From an uncultured Actinomycetes bacterium (GTDB taxonomy: Bacteria > Actinomycetota > Actinomycetes > Nanopelagicales > Nanopelagicaceae): a stretch of DNA of 64,000 nt. The notes under the pieces were generated by a model. It was not told the origin of the DNA. It searched no databases and saw nothing but the letters and a program-made list of their open reading frames with translations. The stretch spans positions 9,551-73,550 of the forward strand of contig CALBFE010000106.1 in NCBI GenBank assembly GCA_937888825.1. Direction: 5' to 3'. This document shows, one piece after another, positions 10,125 through 19,975 of the stretch; within the stretch, counting starts at the first letter, position 1, and every line of letters begins with the position of its first letter. Position numbers and translations under genes: made by a program.

Positions 10125-11255
10125 ATGAAAACTCCACCGCTTGTTAATCCGGGCCCAGCATTAAGTGGTGAGCAAGCGCGTCGATATAGTCGTCAGATCG
10201 TGATTCCTCAGATTCAAGCAAGTGGCCAAGAACGCATTCGAAACGCAAAGATTTTGTGCATTGGTGCCGGTGGACTCGGTTCTCCCGCTCTTATGTATTT
10301 GGCAGCAGCAGGGGTTGGAACAATTGGAATTGTTGATTTCGACTCGGTGGATGAAACTAATCTGCATCGGCAAATTCTTTATGGCCAGTCAGATATTGGA
10401 AAGAAGAAGGTTGAAGTTGCAAGAACTAAAATTCAAGAAAGCAATCCTTTAGTTACAGTAAATACTTATCCAGTAAGAATTGATAGGACAAACGTCCTTG
10501 AAATTATGTCCAACTACGACATTATCATTGATGCAACTGATAACTTTGCTACGCGCTACTTAATTAATGATGCGGCAGTCTTACTCAATAAACCTTATGT
10601 ATGGGGTTCGGTTAATCGCTTTGATGGACAAGCTGCGATTTTTTGGAGCTCTCTTGGTCCATGTTATCGCTGTCTACATCCAACACCTCCTGCCCCGGGA
10701 ATAGTTCAAAACTGCGCAGAGGCAGGTGTGTTAGGAGTTTTATGTGCATCAATTGCATCTATGCAAGTAAATGAAGTAATTAAGGCAATTACGGGCATTG
10801 GCGAACTTCAAATTGGAAAGCTTATGATCTATGAAGGGCTGGAGGCGGAGTATTCAAAGATTGATATTCATAAAAACCCAGAATGTGTGATCTGTAGTGC
10901 GAATCCAACGCAGGTAAATCTCCTAGAGAACTACGAAAGTTTTTGCGGTGTATTTTCTACAGCTGAAATCTCAGTCGAAGAGCTAAAGAGAAAGTTTGCA
11001 GCCAATGAGAACTTTCTTCTCATTGATGTGAGAGAACCGGAGGAGTTCGCAGACTCTAGAATTACTGGATCAGTACTAATCCCTAAAGGCGGTTTTGTCG
11101 ACGCATCTGCTTTCAAACTACTTCCAAGAGATAAAGAGATTATTCTTCATTGTCGCTCTGGAGCCAGATCTGCAGAGTGTCTTGCACTTATTCAAGAGGC
11201 AGGCTTTACAAACTCACGCCACTTAGGTGGGGGAATACTTGCATGGGAGAAGTAA
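10125..11255 (+). CDS. moeB: MoeB/MoeZ-like adenylyltransferase with C-terminal rhodanese
   Basis: RYSRQ, GAGGLGS, NLHRQ, CYRC, C-terminal HCRSGARS rhodanese loop. Confidence 0.88.
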   Translation: MKTPPLVNPGPALSGEQARRYSRQIVIPQIQASGQERIRNAKILCIGAGGLGSPALMYLAAAGVGTIGIVDFDSVDETNLHRQILYGQSDIGKKKVEVARTKIQESNPLVTVNTYPVRIDRTNVLEIMSNYDIIIDATDNFATRYLINDAAVLLNKPYVWGSVNRFDGQAAIFWSSLGPCYRCLHPTPPAPGIVQNCAEAGVLGVLCASIASMQVNEVIKAITGIGELQIGKLMIYEGLEAEYSKIDIHKNPECVICSANPTQVNLLENYESFCGVFSTAEISVEELKRKFAANENFLLIDVREPEEFADSRITGSVLIPKGGFVDASAFKLLPRDKEIILHCRSGARSAECLALIQEAGFTNSRHLGGGILAWEK

Positions 11256-12109
11256 TGAAAAGTTCTTATCAGGGCTATCGAATACTCCTTGTGCATGCTC
11301 ATCCTGACGATGAAACAATTAACAATGGCGCAACCATGGCTCTTTATGCATCACTTGGAGCCCAAGTCACTTTGGTAACTTGCACGAGAGGAGAAGAAGG
11401 AGAAGTTTTAGTTCCTTCTCTTTCTTACTTAGCAAGTGGTGAAAAAGATGAGTTAGGAAAGCATCGCGAAACTGAATTAGCTCTTGCAATGAAAGTTTTG
11501 GGTATTTCAGATTTCAGGTTTCTAGGTCATTATCGAGATAGCGGAATGATGGGAACGGAACCAAATGAGCGCCCAGATGTTTTCTGGCAGGCGGATTTGG
11601 ATTTGGCCGCAAGGGAGCTTGTTAAAATAATTGAAGAAGTAAAACCTCATGTCCTGATTACTTATGATGAAATCGGTGGTTATGGTCACCCAGATCATAT
11701 AAAAGCGCATTTAGTGGCCATGAGGGCAAGTGAATTAGCAAAATGGCAAATACAAAAGATTTACTGGAACACTGTGCCTAAATCAGTTATTGCGCAGGGA
11801 ATGGAGGCGATGAAAGAGATTGGTTCAGATTTCTTTGGTGCTGAAAGCGTTGATGATTTACCGTTTGCTAAAGATGATTCCTTCGTCACGACTTTAATTG
11901 ATGGCAATGATTTTGTTGACGCCAAAATGGCTGCTATGAAAGCCCATGAAACTCAGATTGCATTAGATGGTCCATTCTTTGCACTCTCAAATAATCTAGG
12001 CTTACAAGTCTGGGGACATGAGTACTACACCTTAGTTAAAGGGCAAAAGAGCGAACCTTATGATGAACATGGCCGTGAAAACGATTTAACTTCAGGGGTA
12101 GTTCTGTAA
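11255..12109 (+). CDS. mshB: Mycothiol biosynthesis deacetylase
   Basis: AHPDDE, TCTRGEEGE, YRDSGMMG, GYGHPDHI; ATG 11255 overlaps moeB stop (the ORF-track start 11150 is too long). Confidence 0.85.
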   Translation: MKSSYQGYRILLVHAHPDDETINNGATMALYASLGAQVTLVTCTRGEEGEVLVPSLSYLASGEKDELGKHRETELALAMKVLGISDFRFLGHYRDSGMMGTEPNERPDVFWQADLDLAARELVKIIEEVKPHVLITYDEIGGYGHPDHIKAHLVAMRASELAKWQIQKIYWNTVPKSVIAQGMEAMKEIGSDFFGAESVDDLPFAKDDSFVTTLIDGNDFVDAKMAAMKAHETQIALDGPFFALSNNLGLQVWGHEYYTLVKGQKSEPYDEHGRENDLTSGVVL

Positions 12110-12420
12110 TGCGCAAGGTCTATGCGATTGCAATAGGTGCTGGTCTGGGTGTGGGCTCGGTATTTTTGCATTCAACCTTAGTTCCATTTGGTTTGATTTT
12201 TGTTTTACTTGCAACTGTGGTCGGTATTTGGAGTATTGGTCGTTTGTGGGGCGGACGAACTCTAAAAATATTGGCTGCAGTTGCATGGACATTTGTAGTG
12301 TTGCGCGCAGGTTTCCCAGGTATAAACGAGGAGTATTTGATTGAAGGTAGTGCTGTTGGAATTTCACTGATCAATCTGGGATTTTTAGCATTAGTACTTG
12401 CAATATTGCTTCCTGCTTAA
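12109..12420 (+). CDS. Small membrane protein (DUF6113-like) coupled to mshB
   Basis: 103 aa, four hydrophobic segments, TAATG overlap; usual mshB neighbour. Confidence 0.6.
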   Translation: MRKVYAIAIGAGLGVGSVFLHSTLVPFGLIFVLLATVVGIWSIGRLWGGRTLKILAAVAWTFVVLRAGFPGINEEYLIEGSAVGISLINLGFLALVLAILLPA

Positions 12421-13775
12421 CGCCAGTTCCAGGTTTGCCCTTCAGGACCATCCATAATTTCAAGTCCGCTTCCTTCCAACTCAATTCTTAACTCATCACT
12501 CTTAGCCCACTGCTTTTCACTTCTTGCGATTTGTCTCAGTTTCAGAATCTCCTCTTGTTCTGAAGTTAAAGGCTTGATTAATTCTTCACGATTAAGATCA
12601 AGACCTAATATTTGATCGGCAAAAAGAAATAACGCTGCGCGATTACTGAGGTCATCATTTTTTTCTAGGTTGCGCAGATATTGAATGGCTTTTGGCGTGT
12701 CCAAATCGTTATCAAGAATCTCTAAAAATACTTGATCTTTCACTGCGACCTGTGTTCCCCATGCTTGAACTTTTTTGCGCCAGCGTTTAAGAGTTGCATC
12801 TGCTGCTTCAATCGATGCCCACGTTAAATCCATTTGGGATCTATAGCGGTTTTCTAGAAAACATAATCTCACGGCAAGGGGATCAAAACCCCGATCTATA
12901 ACATCTTTAAGGAGGACAACGTTTCTGGCACTTTTAGACATCTTGCGCCCTTCAAAAAGCAGATGCTCACCATGAAGCCAAAGATCCACGCTCTCGTTTC
13001 CAGTGATTGCATTTGATTGAGCTCGTTCATTTTCATGATGAGGAAAACGCAGATCGATTCCTCCGACGTGAAGATTTATGTGTGAGTTTAAGAAGTGAAG
13101 TGACATTGCTGAACATTCAATATGCCATCCAGGAAAACCTGAGCCCCATGGTGAATCCCAAATCATTTCGCTACGTCCACTAGCGCTCTTCCAAAGCGCC
13201 CAGTCAGCATGAAAACGTTTCGCGCCATCTTCGCTGTACTCATGACGATGACCAGGCTTCAAGGCATCTAAGCGATTACCACTTATTGCGCCATAACTTG
13301 GAAATGCCTGGGCTGAAAAATAAACAGTGCCATCTTCACCTACATATGCAATCTCCTTGATGATGAGTTGTTCAATCATTGTGATCATTAACTCAATAGA
13401 TTCACTAGCTCTTGGATATGCATCTGCCTTTTCAATATTTAGACCCGCCAAGTCAATATGAAAAGACGCTTCATATCTTCGGGCCACTGTAAATGGATCA
13501 AGGGATTCTGCTTTAGCCTGGGCAAGCATTTTGTCTTCACTCTCAATATCTTCTGACATGTGCCCAACATCGGTAATATTTTGAATGAGCTTCACATTAA
13601 CGCCATTGGCTATGAGAACGCGACGCACCAGATCTGATAGTAGGAATGTTCTTAAATTTCCCACATGTGCATCACGATAAACCGTAGGCCCACAGCAATA
13701 CATTGTTGTCGTACCATTAGTTGAAGTGACAGGCGCAAGCTTTCGAGAAGCAGTGTCATAGAGTCGAAGGCTCAC
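12417..13775 (-). CDS. cysS: Cysteine--tRNA ligase
   Basis: CGPTVY, HVGN, GWHIEC, KMSKS and C-terminal anticodon-binding helices (SDELR..L...G..IMD..EG). Confidence 0.93.
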   Translation of the reverse strand: MSLRLYDTASRKLAPVTSTNGTTTMYCCGPTVYRDAHVGNLRTFLLSDLVRRVLIANGVNVKLIQNITDVGHMSEDIESEDKMLAQAKAESLDPFTVARRYEASFHIDLAGLNIEKADAYPRASESIELMITMIEQLIIKEIAYVGEDGTVYFSAQAFPSYGAISGNRLDALKPGHRHEYSEDGAKRFHADWALWKSASGRSEMIWDSPWGSGFPGWHIECSAMSLHFLNSHINLHVGGIDLRFPHHENERAQSNAITGNESVDLWLHGEHLLFEGRKMSKSARNVVLLKDVIDRGFDPLAVRLCFLENRYRSQMDLTWASIEAADATLKRWRKKVQAWGTQVAVKDQVFLEILDNDLDTPKAIQYLRNLEKNDDLSNRAALFLFADQILGLDLNREELIKPLTSEQEEILKLRQIARSEKQWAKSDELRIELEGSGLEIMDGPEGQTWNWR

Positions 13776-13972
13776 TTTTTTTCAACCACTTCTTTCCATA
13801 GAGCAATCTCATCATATGAAAATTCGATGAGTTTTCCATGTCGATTGCGCAGGGTGATGGGGGACTCGAGATGGCCCACGATGTCACGGAATCCACCCTC
13901 GGGATCATGCAAGCGGATGGTGACTCGCTTTCCGAGGAGGGCGCTAAATGTGGCCTCTAGACCCTGTTTCAT
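13772..13972 (-). CDS. Small hypothetical protein (SH3/Sm-like beta fold suspected)
   Basis: 66 aa 'LGKRVTIRLHDPEGGFRDIVGHL'; TATCGT -10 six nt upstream; overlaps cysS start. Confidence 0.6.
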   Translation of the reverse strand: MKQGLEATFSALLGKRVTIRLHDPEGGFRDIVGHLESPITLRNRHGKLIEFSYDEIALWKEVVEKK

Positions 13973-14070
13973 GGCTCAACGATAAACCTTAATTTCAAAT
14001 ATCGCGCCAGGAGAGCCGATACGATTACAATCTGGGAGTTGGTAACTAATATTTCTTACGGAGGCAAGTC

Positions 14071-14391
14071 GTGACTTATGTGATCGCTGAACCATGTATC
14101 GATGTAAAAGATAAATCGTGCATCGCTGAGTGTCCTGTGGACTGCATCTATGAAGGCGATCGCATGCTCTATATCCAAGCCGATGAATGTGTTGACTGTG
14201 GTGCGTGTGAGCCTGTGTGTCCGGTTGAGGCTATTTACTACGAAGATGATGTTCCACCACAGTGGAAGCAATTTGGAAAAGTTAATACAGAGTTTTTCGT
14301 TGAAATAGGTTCACCAGGTGGAGCCAACAAAGTCGGAGCAACTGGCACTGACCATGAACTTGTAAAAGCTATTCCCCCTAAGAGCGAGTAA
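14071..14391 (+). CDS. fdxA: 7Fe ferredoxin
   Basis: MTYVIAEPCIDVKDKSCIAECPVDCIY..CVDCGACEPVCP. Confidence 0.96.
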   Translation: MTYVIAEPCIDVKDKSCIAECPVDCIYEGDRMLYIQADECVDCGACEPVCPVEAIYYEDDVPPQWKQFGKVNTEFFVEIGSPGGANKVGATGTDHELVKAIPPKSE

Positions 14392-14397
14392 TTTTTC

Positions 14398-15462
14398 TTG
14401 CGCTCTTCACTCCCAGATTTCCCCTGGGACGCTCTTGCCCCTTATGGAGATAAGGCTCGTGCACACCCTGGCGGGATAATTGATCTCTCAGTTGGAACCC
14501 CTGTAGATCCCACACCTGAATTCATTCAAACAGCATTACGTGAAGCCTCTAATTCACCGAGTTATCCAGTAACTGCTGGCACACCAGAATTACGTGCAGC
14601 AATAACTGCTTGGGCCAAATCTCGTTTAGGTGCCACCGGTGATTTTGATGTTCTACCTGTCATTGGCTCTAAAGAGTTAGTTGCTTGGTTACCAACAATT
14701 TTAGAATCTAAAAAAGTTCTCATTCCAGAGATTGCTTATCCCACTTATCATGTGGGTGCATTAATCGCACAAGCACAATCAGTTCCTGTTCCAATCAGTG
14801 CAAAGAGCTGGCCTAGCGCTGATTTAGCTTGGATGAATTCACCATCAAATCCAACTGGACGAGTCCACAGCATTGAAGAAATAAAGGAATGTATTGCTTG
14901 GTCAAGAGCAAATGATGCTGTCTTGATTTCAGATGAGTGCTATTTGGAGTTTGATCACAATGCCACTTCGACATCTGTGATGGCTTTAACAGAAAGTAAT
15001 AACAAGAATATTTTGGCTGTTCACTCATTGTCTAAACGTTCTTCAATGGCTGGATATAGAGCCGCATTTATGGTGGGTGATTCTTCGCTCATCGCAAAGA
15101 TTCGTGAACTCAGAAAGCATGCAGGCATGATGGTTTCATTGCCGGTACAAAAAGCAATGACGGTTGCACTAGGTGATGATGCGCATGTTGCGCAGCAACG
15201 CGGGCGATATAACGCACGACGCGATGCTCTGCGCCCAGCACTTGAAGCCTGTGGATTTCGAATTGAATTTAGCGAGGCAGGTCTCTACATCTGGTGCACC
15301 CGTGATGAAGATGCATGGACAAGTGTTGATTGGTTAGCACAGCACGGAATCCTGGCGACCCCAGGCAGTTTCTATGGCGAAAAAGGTAAGAACCATATTC
15401 GCATCGCAATGACCGTGACTGATGCAGCCATAAAAGATGCAGTTAGTCGTTTAAAGGCTTAG
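14398..15462 (+). CDS. dapC: N-succinyl-diaminopimelate aminotransferase
   Basis: PLP class I: NSPSNPTG, SDECY, SLSKRS; fdxA-dapC synteny. Confidence 0.9.
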   Translation: MRSSLPDFPWDALAPYGDKARAHPGGIIDLSVGTPVDPTPEFIQTALREASNSPSYPVTAGTPELRAAITAWAKSRLGATGDFDVLPVIGSKELVAWLPTILESKKVLIPEIAYPTYHVGALIAQAQSVPVPISAKSWPSADLAWMNSPSNPTGRVHSIEEIKECIAWSRANDAVLISDECYLEFDHNATSTSVMALTESNNKNILAVHSLSKRSSMAGYRAAFMVGDSSLIAKIRELRKHAGMMVSLPVQKAMTVALGDDAHVAQQRGRYNARRDALRPALEACGFRIEFSEAGLYIWCTRDEDAWTSVDWLAQHGILATPGSFYGEKGKNHIRIAMTVTDAAIKDAVSRLKA

Positions 15463-15465
15463 CCG

Positions 15466-16473
15466 ATGACCGTTGGAATTCTTCTTGTAGGTGGCTTTGG
15501 TACGCGTTTGATGCCACTGACTAAAAACGCACCAAAACCAATGCTTACTGTTGCTGGTTTGCCAGTAACAGAGCATCAGCTAGCTCTGGCAAAAAGGGCA
15601 GGAATAACAACAGTAGTTCTTGCCACTTCTTATCTATCTGAGGTTTTTATTCCTTATTTTGGGGATGGATCTAAATGGGGGATGAAACTGCTCTATGCCG
15701 TTGAAAAAGAGCCCTTGGGCACAGGCGGGGCGATTAGAAATGCGGCAAAACTATTAGCGACTGATGAATCTGTAGTCGTCTTTAATGGTGATGTTTTGAG
15801 TTCACACAATTTAGCGCTGCAGATTCAAGAACATGAAGCAAATAATGCTGATGTAACCTTGCATCTAACAGCAGTTGAAGATGCTCGTGCTTATGGTTGT
15901 GTTCCAACTGATTCTGATGGTCGCATAACAGCTTTTCTAGAAAAAATGGAAAATCCAGTAACAAATACTATTAACGCTGGGTGCTATGTTTTTAAATCTT
16001 CAGTGATTCAATCAATAGAACCGAATCGAGTTGTCAGTGTTGAGAGAGAAGTTTTCCCAAATCTTGTTGCCAGCCATGGCAAAATCTTTGGTTTTATTGA
16101 TGATTCTTACTGGTTAGATATCGGCACACCACAAGCTCTGCTTAAGGGTTCAAGAGATTTAGTTACAGGGTCAGCCGATGCCTCTGCATTGACTGCAGAT
16201 CTTATTGAAAGTGCAGGCAAGGATTTCTTAATAATGAAAGGCGCTCAGGTGGATCCTTCTGCTCATATTGATGAGGGCAGTTGCATTTCTAGCGGCGCTA
16301 TAATTGGGGCGAGTGCCCACATTTCAGGGTCCATCATTGAATCTGGGGCCCAAGTGGGTGCCGGTGCAACAATCATTAATTCATTTATCGCATCTGGGGC
16401 AGTTGTGGCCAATTCAGTGAAAATATCGGCATCTTTTGTGACAAATACAGAAATAATTGAAATCCCTGCCTGA
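15466..16473 (+). CDS. NDP-sugar synthase, probably mannose-1-phosphate guanylyltransferase
   Basis: LVGGFGTRLMPLT..PKPM, EPLGTGGA, YWLDIGTP, C-terminal hexapeptide repeats. Confidence 0.88.
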   Translation: MTVGILLVGGFGTRLMPLTKNAPKPMLTVAGLPVTEHQLALAKRAGITTVVLATSYLSEVFIPYFGDGSKWGMKLLYAVEKEPLGTGGAIRNAAKLLATDESVVVFNGDVLSSHNLALQIQEHEANNADVTLHLTAVEDARAYGCVPTDSDGRITAFLEKMENPVTNTINAGCYVFKSSVIQSIEPNRVVSVEREVFPNLVASHGKIFGFIDDSYWLDIGTPQALLKGSRDLVTGSADASALTADLIESAGKDFLIMKGAQVDPSAHIDEGSCISSGAIIGASAHISGSIIESGAQVGAGATIINSFIASGAVVANSVKISASFVTNTEIIEIPA

Positions 16474-16512
16474 TTTGAGCGTGAATCTCTACTGATAGGG
16501 GGGCATCTCTAC

Positions 16513-16541
16513 TTGACTTATTCGACTTACACGCGTGTAAT
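16513..16541 (+). promoter_or_regulatory. Housekeeping-sigma promoter of whiB
   Basis: TTGACT (16513-18) - 17 bp - TGTAAT (16536-41), followed by TCACTC. Confidence 0.65.
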
Positions 16542-16603
16542 TCACTCTTAAGTAAGTCTTTTCCAAGAGGGATGAGACCTGAAGTTTTCAAGGAGAATCG
16601 ACT

Positions 16604-16903
16604 ATGCCGATTAAACCTGAAGCCACGAACTCCCCAACCCCTTCAACTGGCCCAAAAATCACACTAGCGACTGGCGAGAGTATTGAACTCTCTTGGCAAG
16701 AACGCGCATTGTGTGCGCAAACAGATCCAGAAGCATTCTTCCCTGAAAAAGGCGGCTCAACTCGCGAAGCAAAGCGTGTTTGTCTTTCCTGCGATGTTCG
16801 TTCAGAGTGTTTGGAATACGCACTTGCACACGACGAGCGTTTTGGAATTTGGGGCGGACTATCAGAGCGCGAACGTCGTCGCTTAAAGCGCCGTTCTGCG
16901 TAA
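16604..16903 (+). CDS. whiB: WhiB/WhiB2 (WhmD) Fe-S transcription factor
   Basis: WQERALCAQTDPEAFFPEKGGSTREAKRVC..C.VRSECL..GIWGGLSERERRRL. Confidence 0.95.
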   Translation: MPIKPEATNSPTPSTGPKITLATGESIELSWQERALCAQTDPEAFFPEKGGSTREAKRVCLSCDVRSECLEYALAHDERFGIWGGLSERERRRLKRRSA

Positions 16904-16942
16904 GCTTTTAATCCCAACTCTTTAAGAGATGGTGGTTTAGTT

Positions 16943-19900
16943 GTGGCAATAACAGATAGACATTTAGTCACCGCAATTGTTGTTACACACGACGGTGAAA
17001 CTTGGTTACCTGCAGTTGTTGCCGCAATAGCGTCACAAACTAGACCTGCAGATCAAATCATTGCAGTCGATACAGCATCAAATGATTCATCCACAAAACT
17101 TATTAAAGCGGCCCGCATTCCATTATTTGCAGCAGATCGTGATTGTGGATTTGGTGATGCTGTTGCGCTCGCAGTTGCAAAAATGCCTAAGCACATTGAA
17201 GGCAATAGTGAATGGATTTGGTTAATCCATGATGACTGCGCACCAACACCTACTGCACTTGAAAAACTATTAGAAGCAATTGATGATCGACCTCAAGTTG
17301 CAATGGTGGGACCAAAACTTCTTGGATGGCATGATCGCACACACATACTCGAAGCCGGAATAAGTATTGCTGGCAACGGTGCTCGCTGGACTGGTCTTGA
17401 AACCGATGAATATGACCAAGGCCAACATAATGGTATTCATGATGTTCTTTCAGTGAGTACGGCAGGTGCATTAATTCGCCGGGATATATTTGAAGAACTT
17501 GGTGGTTTTGATTCAAATCTTTCCCTATTTCGCGATGACATAGATTTTGGCTGGCGAGCCAGAGTTGCTGGGCATGGAGTTATAGCCACGACTGCTGCAG
17601 TTGCCCATCATGCTCAAGCTTCGGCATCAGAGCGACGCAGCGTGGACGTTAACGGAGCGTTCTTACATCGGCCATTACTTCTTGATCGTCGAAATGCTGC
17701 ATACGTTTTATTAGCTAACTCTTCATGGTGGATGATTCCTTGGCTATCGATTCAATTATTAGCTTCTGCGATGGCACGCTCTATTGGCTATTTGTTAGCA
17801 AAACTTCCTGGGTATGCAGCCGATGAACTATTAGCCGTGGCTACTTTGATTATTAGGCCGGCTGAGATAGTTAAAGCAAGAAGATTTAGAAAAACAAAGA
17901 GATTAGTATCTGCCCGAGTAATCTCTTCCTATATCCCACCTCGTTGGTCACAGATTCGTCTATCAGCGGCCCGCGTTGCAGAAGTAATTAGAGCAAGAGT
18001 TATTCCTGTCACGGAGAGCTCTTCAGCGCCTGTTTTAAATTCACTAGAAGAAGAAGATCTACTGGTACCCACTAAAAGTTTACAGATAAGTAAGTTTTTA
18101 AAAAACCCAGCAATTTTTGGATATTTATTGCTTGCCATAATTGTTTTGATTCAATCCCGAAATCGTTTTGGGGCCTTAAACGGCGGTGCACTGGCAGCAT
18201 CACCAAATGGTGCCCGGGATTTATGGGGACTCTATTTTGAATCATGGCACCAAGTTGGTATGGGTAGTTCACATGCTTCCCCAGCCTGGATTGCTGTGGT
18301 GGCAATGGCATCGACTCTGCTTCTAGGCAAAACACCATTTCTTATAACACTTTTCTTTTTAGTTGCACCACTTCTGATCATGTGGTCCGGCCACACATTC
18401 CTTCGAAAGCTTTCTAACAACCAATTCATTACTATTCCCGCTAGTTTCTTATATGCACTATCTCCAGTAGCTCTTGCCTCAGTGAACTCAGGGCGCCTAG
18501 CAACTCTTGTTGCGTTAATCATTGCTCCTCAAATTCCAATGATTCTGAGTAATTGGAAGCGAGTAGAGCTCAATAGCTGGCGTCGCGTCTACGGACTAAG
18601 TATTTTGTTAGCGGTCTTAACTTCATTTACCTTAATTACAACACTTGTGAGCCTAGGAGTCATAGGCTTTGCAATTGTCACTGATTATGATGAAAAACTT
18701 GCGAAATCCCAATTTCTTGCAAGAATTTATAAGCGTCTAACGTTGTTGATTTTCCCATTCTTACTGGTTGCACCATATTCCTTTGAAGCTCTCGTTAGTC
18801 CCGCTCGCTTTCTCGCAGAACCAGGTTTTAACCTTGCAGGAGGTTCAACTGCTTTAGTTCTTTCAGGTAATCCGGGCGGTGTTGGATCTCTGCCGTGGTG
18901 GACAATTAGTCCAATTCTACTTCTACTTATCATTGCTCTTTTTTCATCCTCCAATGCACGTTCTTTTGCACAAGTAGGTATCTCATTCATGTGCGCAGCA
19001 ATTTTATTTTCATCTGTCTCAATTACGGTGCACGGCAATAGCTCTGGCACACGCACATGGGTTGGAACATTATTAGTTGGCGTAACACTTGCCTCTGTCG
19101 CAGCTGGGGTTGTAATTCTGGACCGCTTACGAACTGTGCTGATTGCAAGCAATATTCACTACCGCCATATATTGGCTGGATTACTTTTAGTAATTACCGC
19201 AATTTATTCAGTCTCTAGCATTGGTTGGTCTATTACAGCTGGTGCTAATTCTCCAGTGCAGAGCAATATGAAAACAGTTATGCCGGCTTTCCTAACTGCC
19301 GAAGCTGATACCAAAACCTTAGTGTTACGCGAAGTGGGACCTGAGAACTCAAAATCAATTCAGTATTACATCTCACGTGGTGAGGATATTTCACTAGGTG
19401 AGCCTGATGTTGCACCGGGACAAGTACGAGAGATCGAGATTGCGGCCCAGGAACTCATTGATGGCTCTGGAATTAGCAGCAGTCAAGTATTTTCTGCATA
19501 TGGCATCAAATATGTATTTGTTAAGAATCCATTTAGCCGAAATGTGATTCGGACAATTGATGGTCTGGGTGGATTTGCGCGCACGTCAGCAACCTCAGCT
19601 GGTGTTGTTTGGAGAGTTACTGGCGTTACTGGAAGAATTATTTTTACGGCAAAAGATGGAACACGTTCTTTATTAGAAGCCGGTGAAGTTGGTGCTCGGA
19701 CCATGGTTTATGGTCCAGGCTCAATTACTTTGACTGAAACTTTTGATCGTTCATGGCAAATTCTGCAAAATGGCTATCGATTAGATCGTGCTAAAGATGA
19801 ACAGTCTTTGCCACAGTTCCAGGTGAAAGAAGCTGGGGAAATATCTCTGCTTCACGATGGAACTATCAGGCGGGCATGGCTATCACTGCAATTAATCGCA

Positions 19901-19975
19901 TGGACGCTTGTCATAATCTTGGCAGCACCGGCTGGTCGTAGAAAACGTGAAATTTCAGAGAAGGAGCTGGCATGA
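16943..19975 (+). CDS. GT2 glycosyltransferase with large multi-TM C-terminal region
   Basis: N-terminal GT-A (IWLIHDD), many TM helices; conserved whiB-GT2-DUF5719-DUF3499-manB block. Confidence 0.85.
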   Translation: MAITDRHLVTAIVVTHDGETWLPAVVAAIASQTRPADQIIAVDTASNDSSTKLIKAARIPLFAADRDCGFGDAVALAVAKMPKHIEGNSEWIWLIHDDCAPTPTALEKLLEAIDDRPQVAMVGPKLLGWHDRTHILEAGISIAGNGARWTGLETDEYDQGQHNGIHDVLSVSTAGALIRRDIFEELGGFDSNLSLFRDDIDFGWRARVAGHGVIATTAAVAHHAQASASERRSVDVNGAFLHRPLLLDRRNAAYVLLANSSWWMIPWLSIQLLASAMARSIGYLLAKLPGYAADELLAVATLIIRPAEIVKARRFRKTKRLVSARVISSYIPPRWSQIRLSAARVAEVIRARVIPVTESSSAPVLNSLEEEDLLVPTKSLQISKFLKNPAIFGYLLLAIIVLIQSRNRFGALNGGALAASPNGARDLWGLYFESWHQVGMGSSHASPAWIAVVAMASTLLLGKTPFLITLFFLVAPLLIMWSGHTFLRKLSNNQFITIPASFLYALSPVALASVNSGRLATLVALIIAPQIPMILSNWKRVELNSWRRVYGLSILLAVLTSFTLITTLVSLGVIGFAIVTDYDEKLAKSQFLARIYKRLTLLIFPFLLVAPYSFEALVSPARFLAEPGFNLAGGSTALVLSGNPGGVGSLPWWTISPILLLLIIALFSSSNARSFAQVGISFMCAAILFSSVSITVHGNSSGTRTWVGTLLVGVTLASVAAGVVILDRLRTVLIASNIHYRHILAGLLLVITAIYSVSSIGWSITAGANSPVQSNMKTVMPAFLTAEADTKTLVLREVGPENSKSIQYYISRGEDISLGEPDVAPGQVREIEIAAQELIDGSGISSSQVFSAYGIKYVFVKNPFSRNVIRTIDGLGGFARTSATSAGVVWRVTGVTGRIIFTAKDGTRSLLEAGEVGARTMVYGPGSITLTETFDRSWQILQNGYRLDRAKDEQSLPQFQVKEAGEISLLHDGTIRRAWLSLQLIAWTLVIILAAPAGRRKREISEKELA

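Noticed and set aside
12417-13775. cysS as mshC because it neighbours mshB
   Set aside because: It has the CGPTVY/HVGN pattern and the anticodon-binding domain, which MshC lacks
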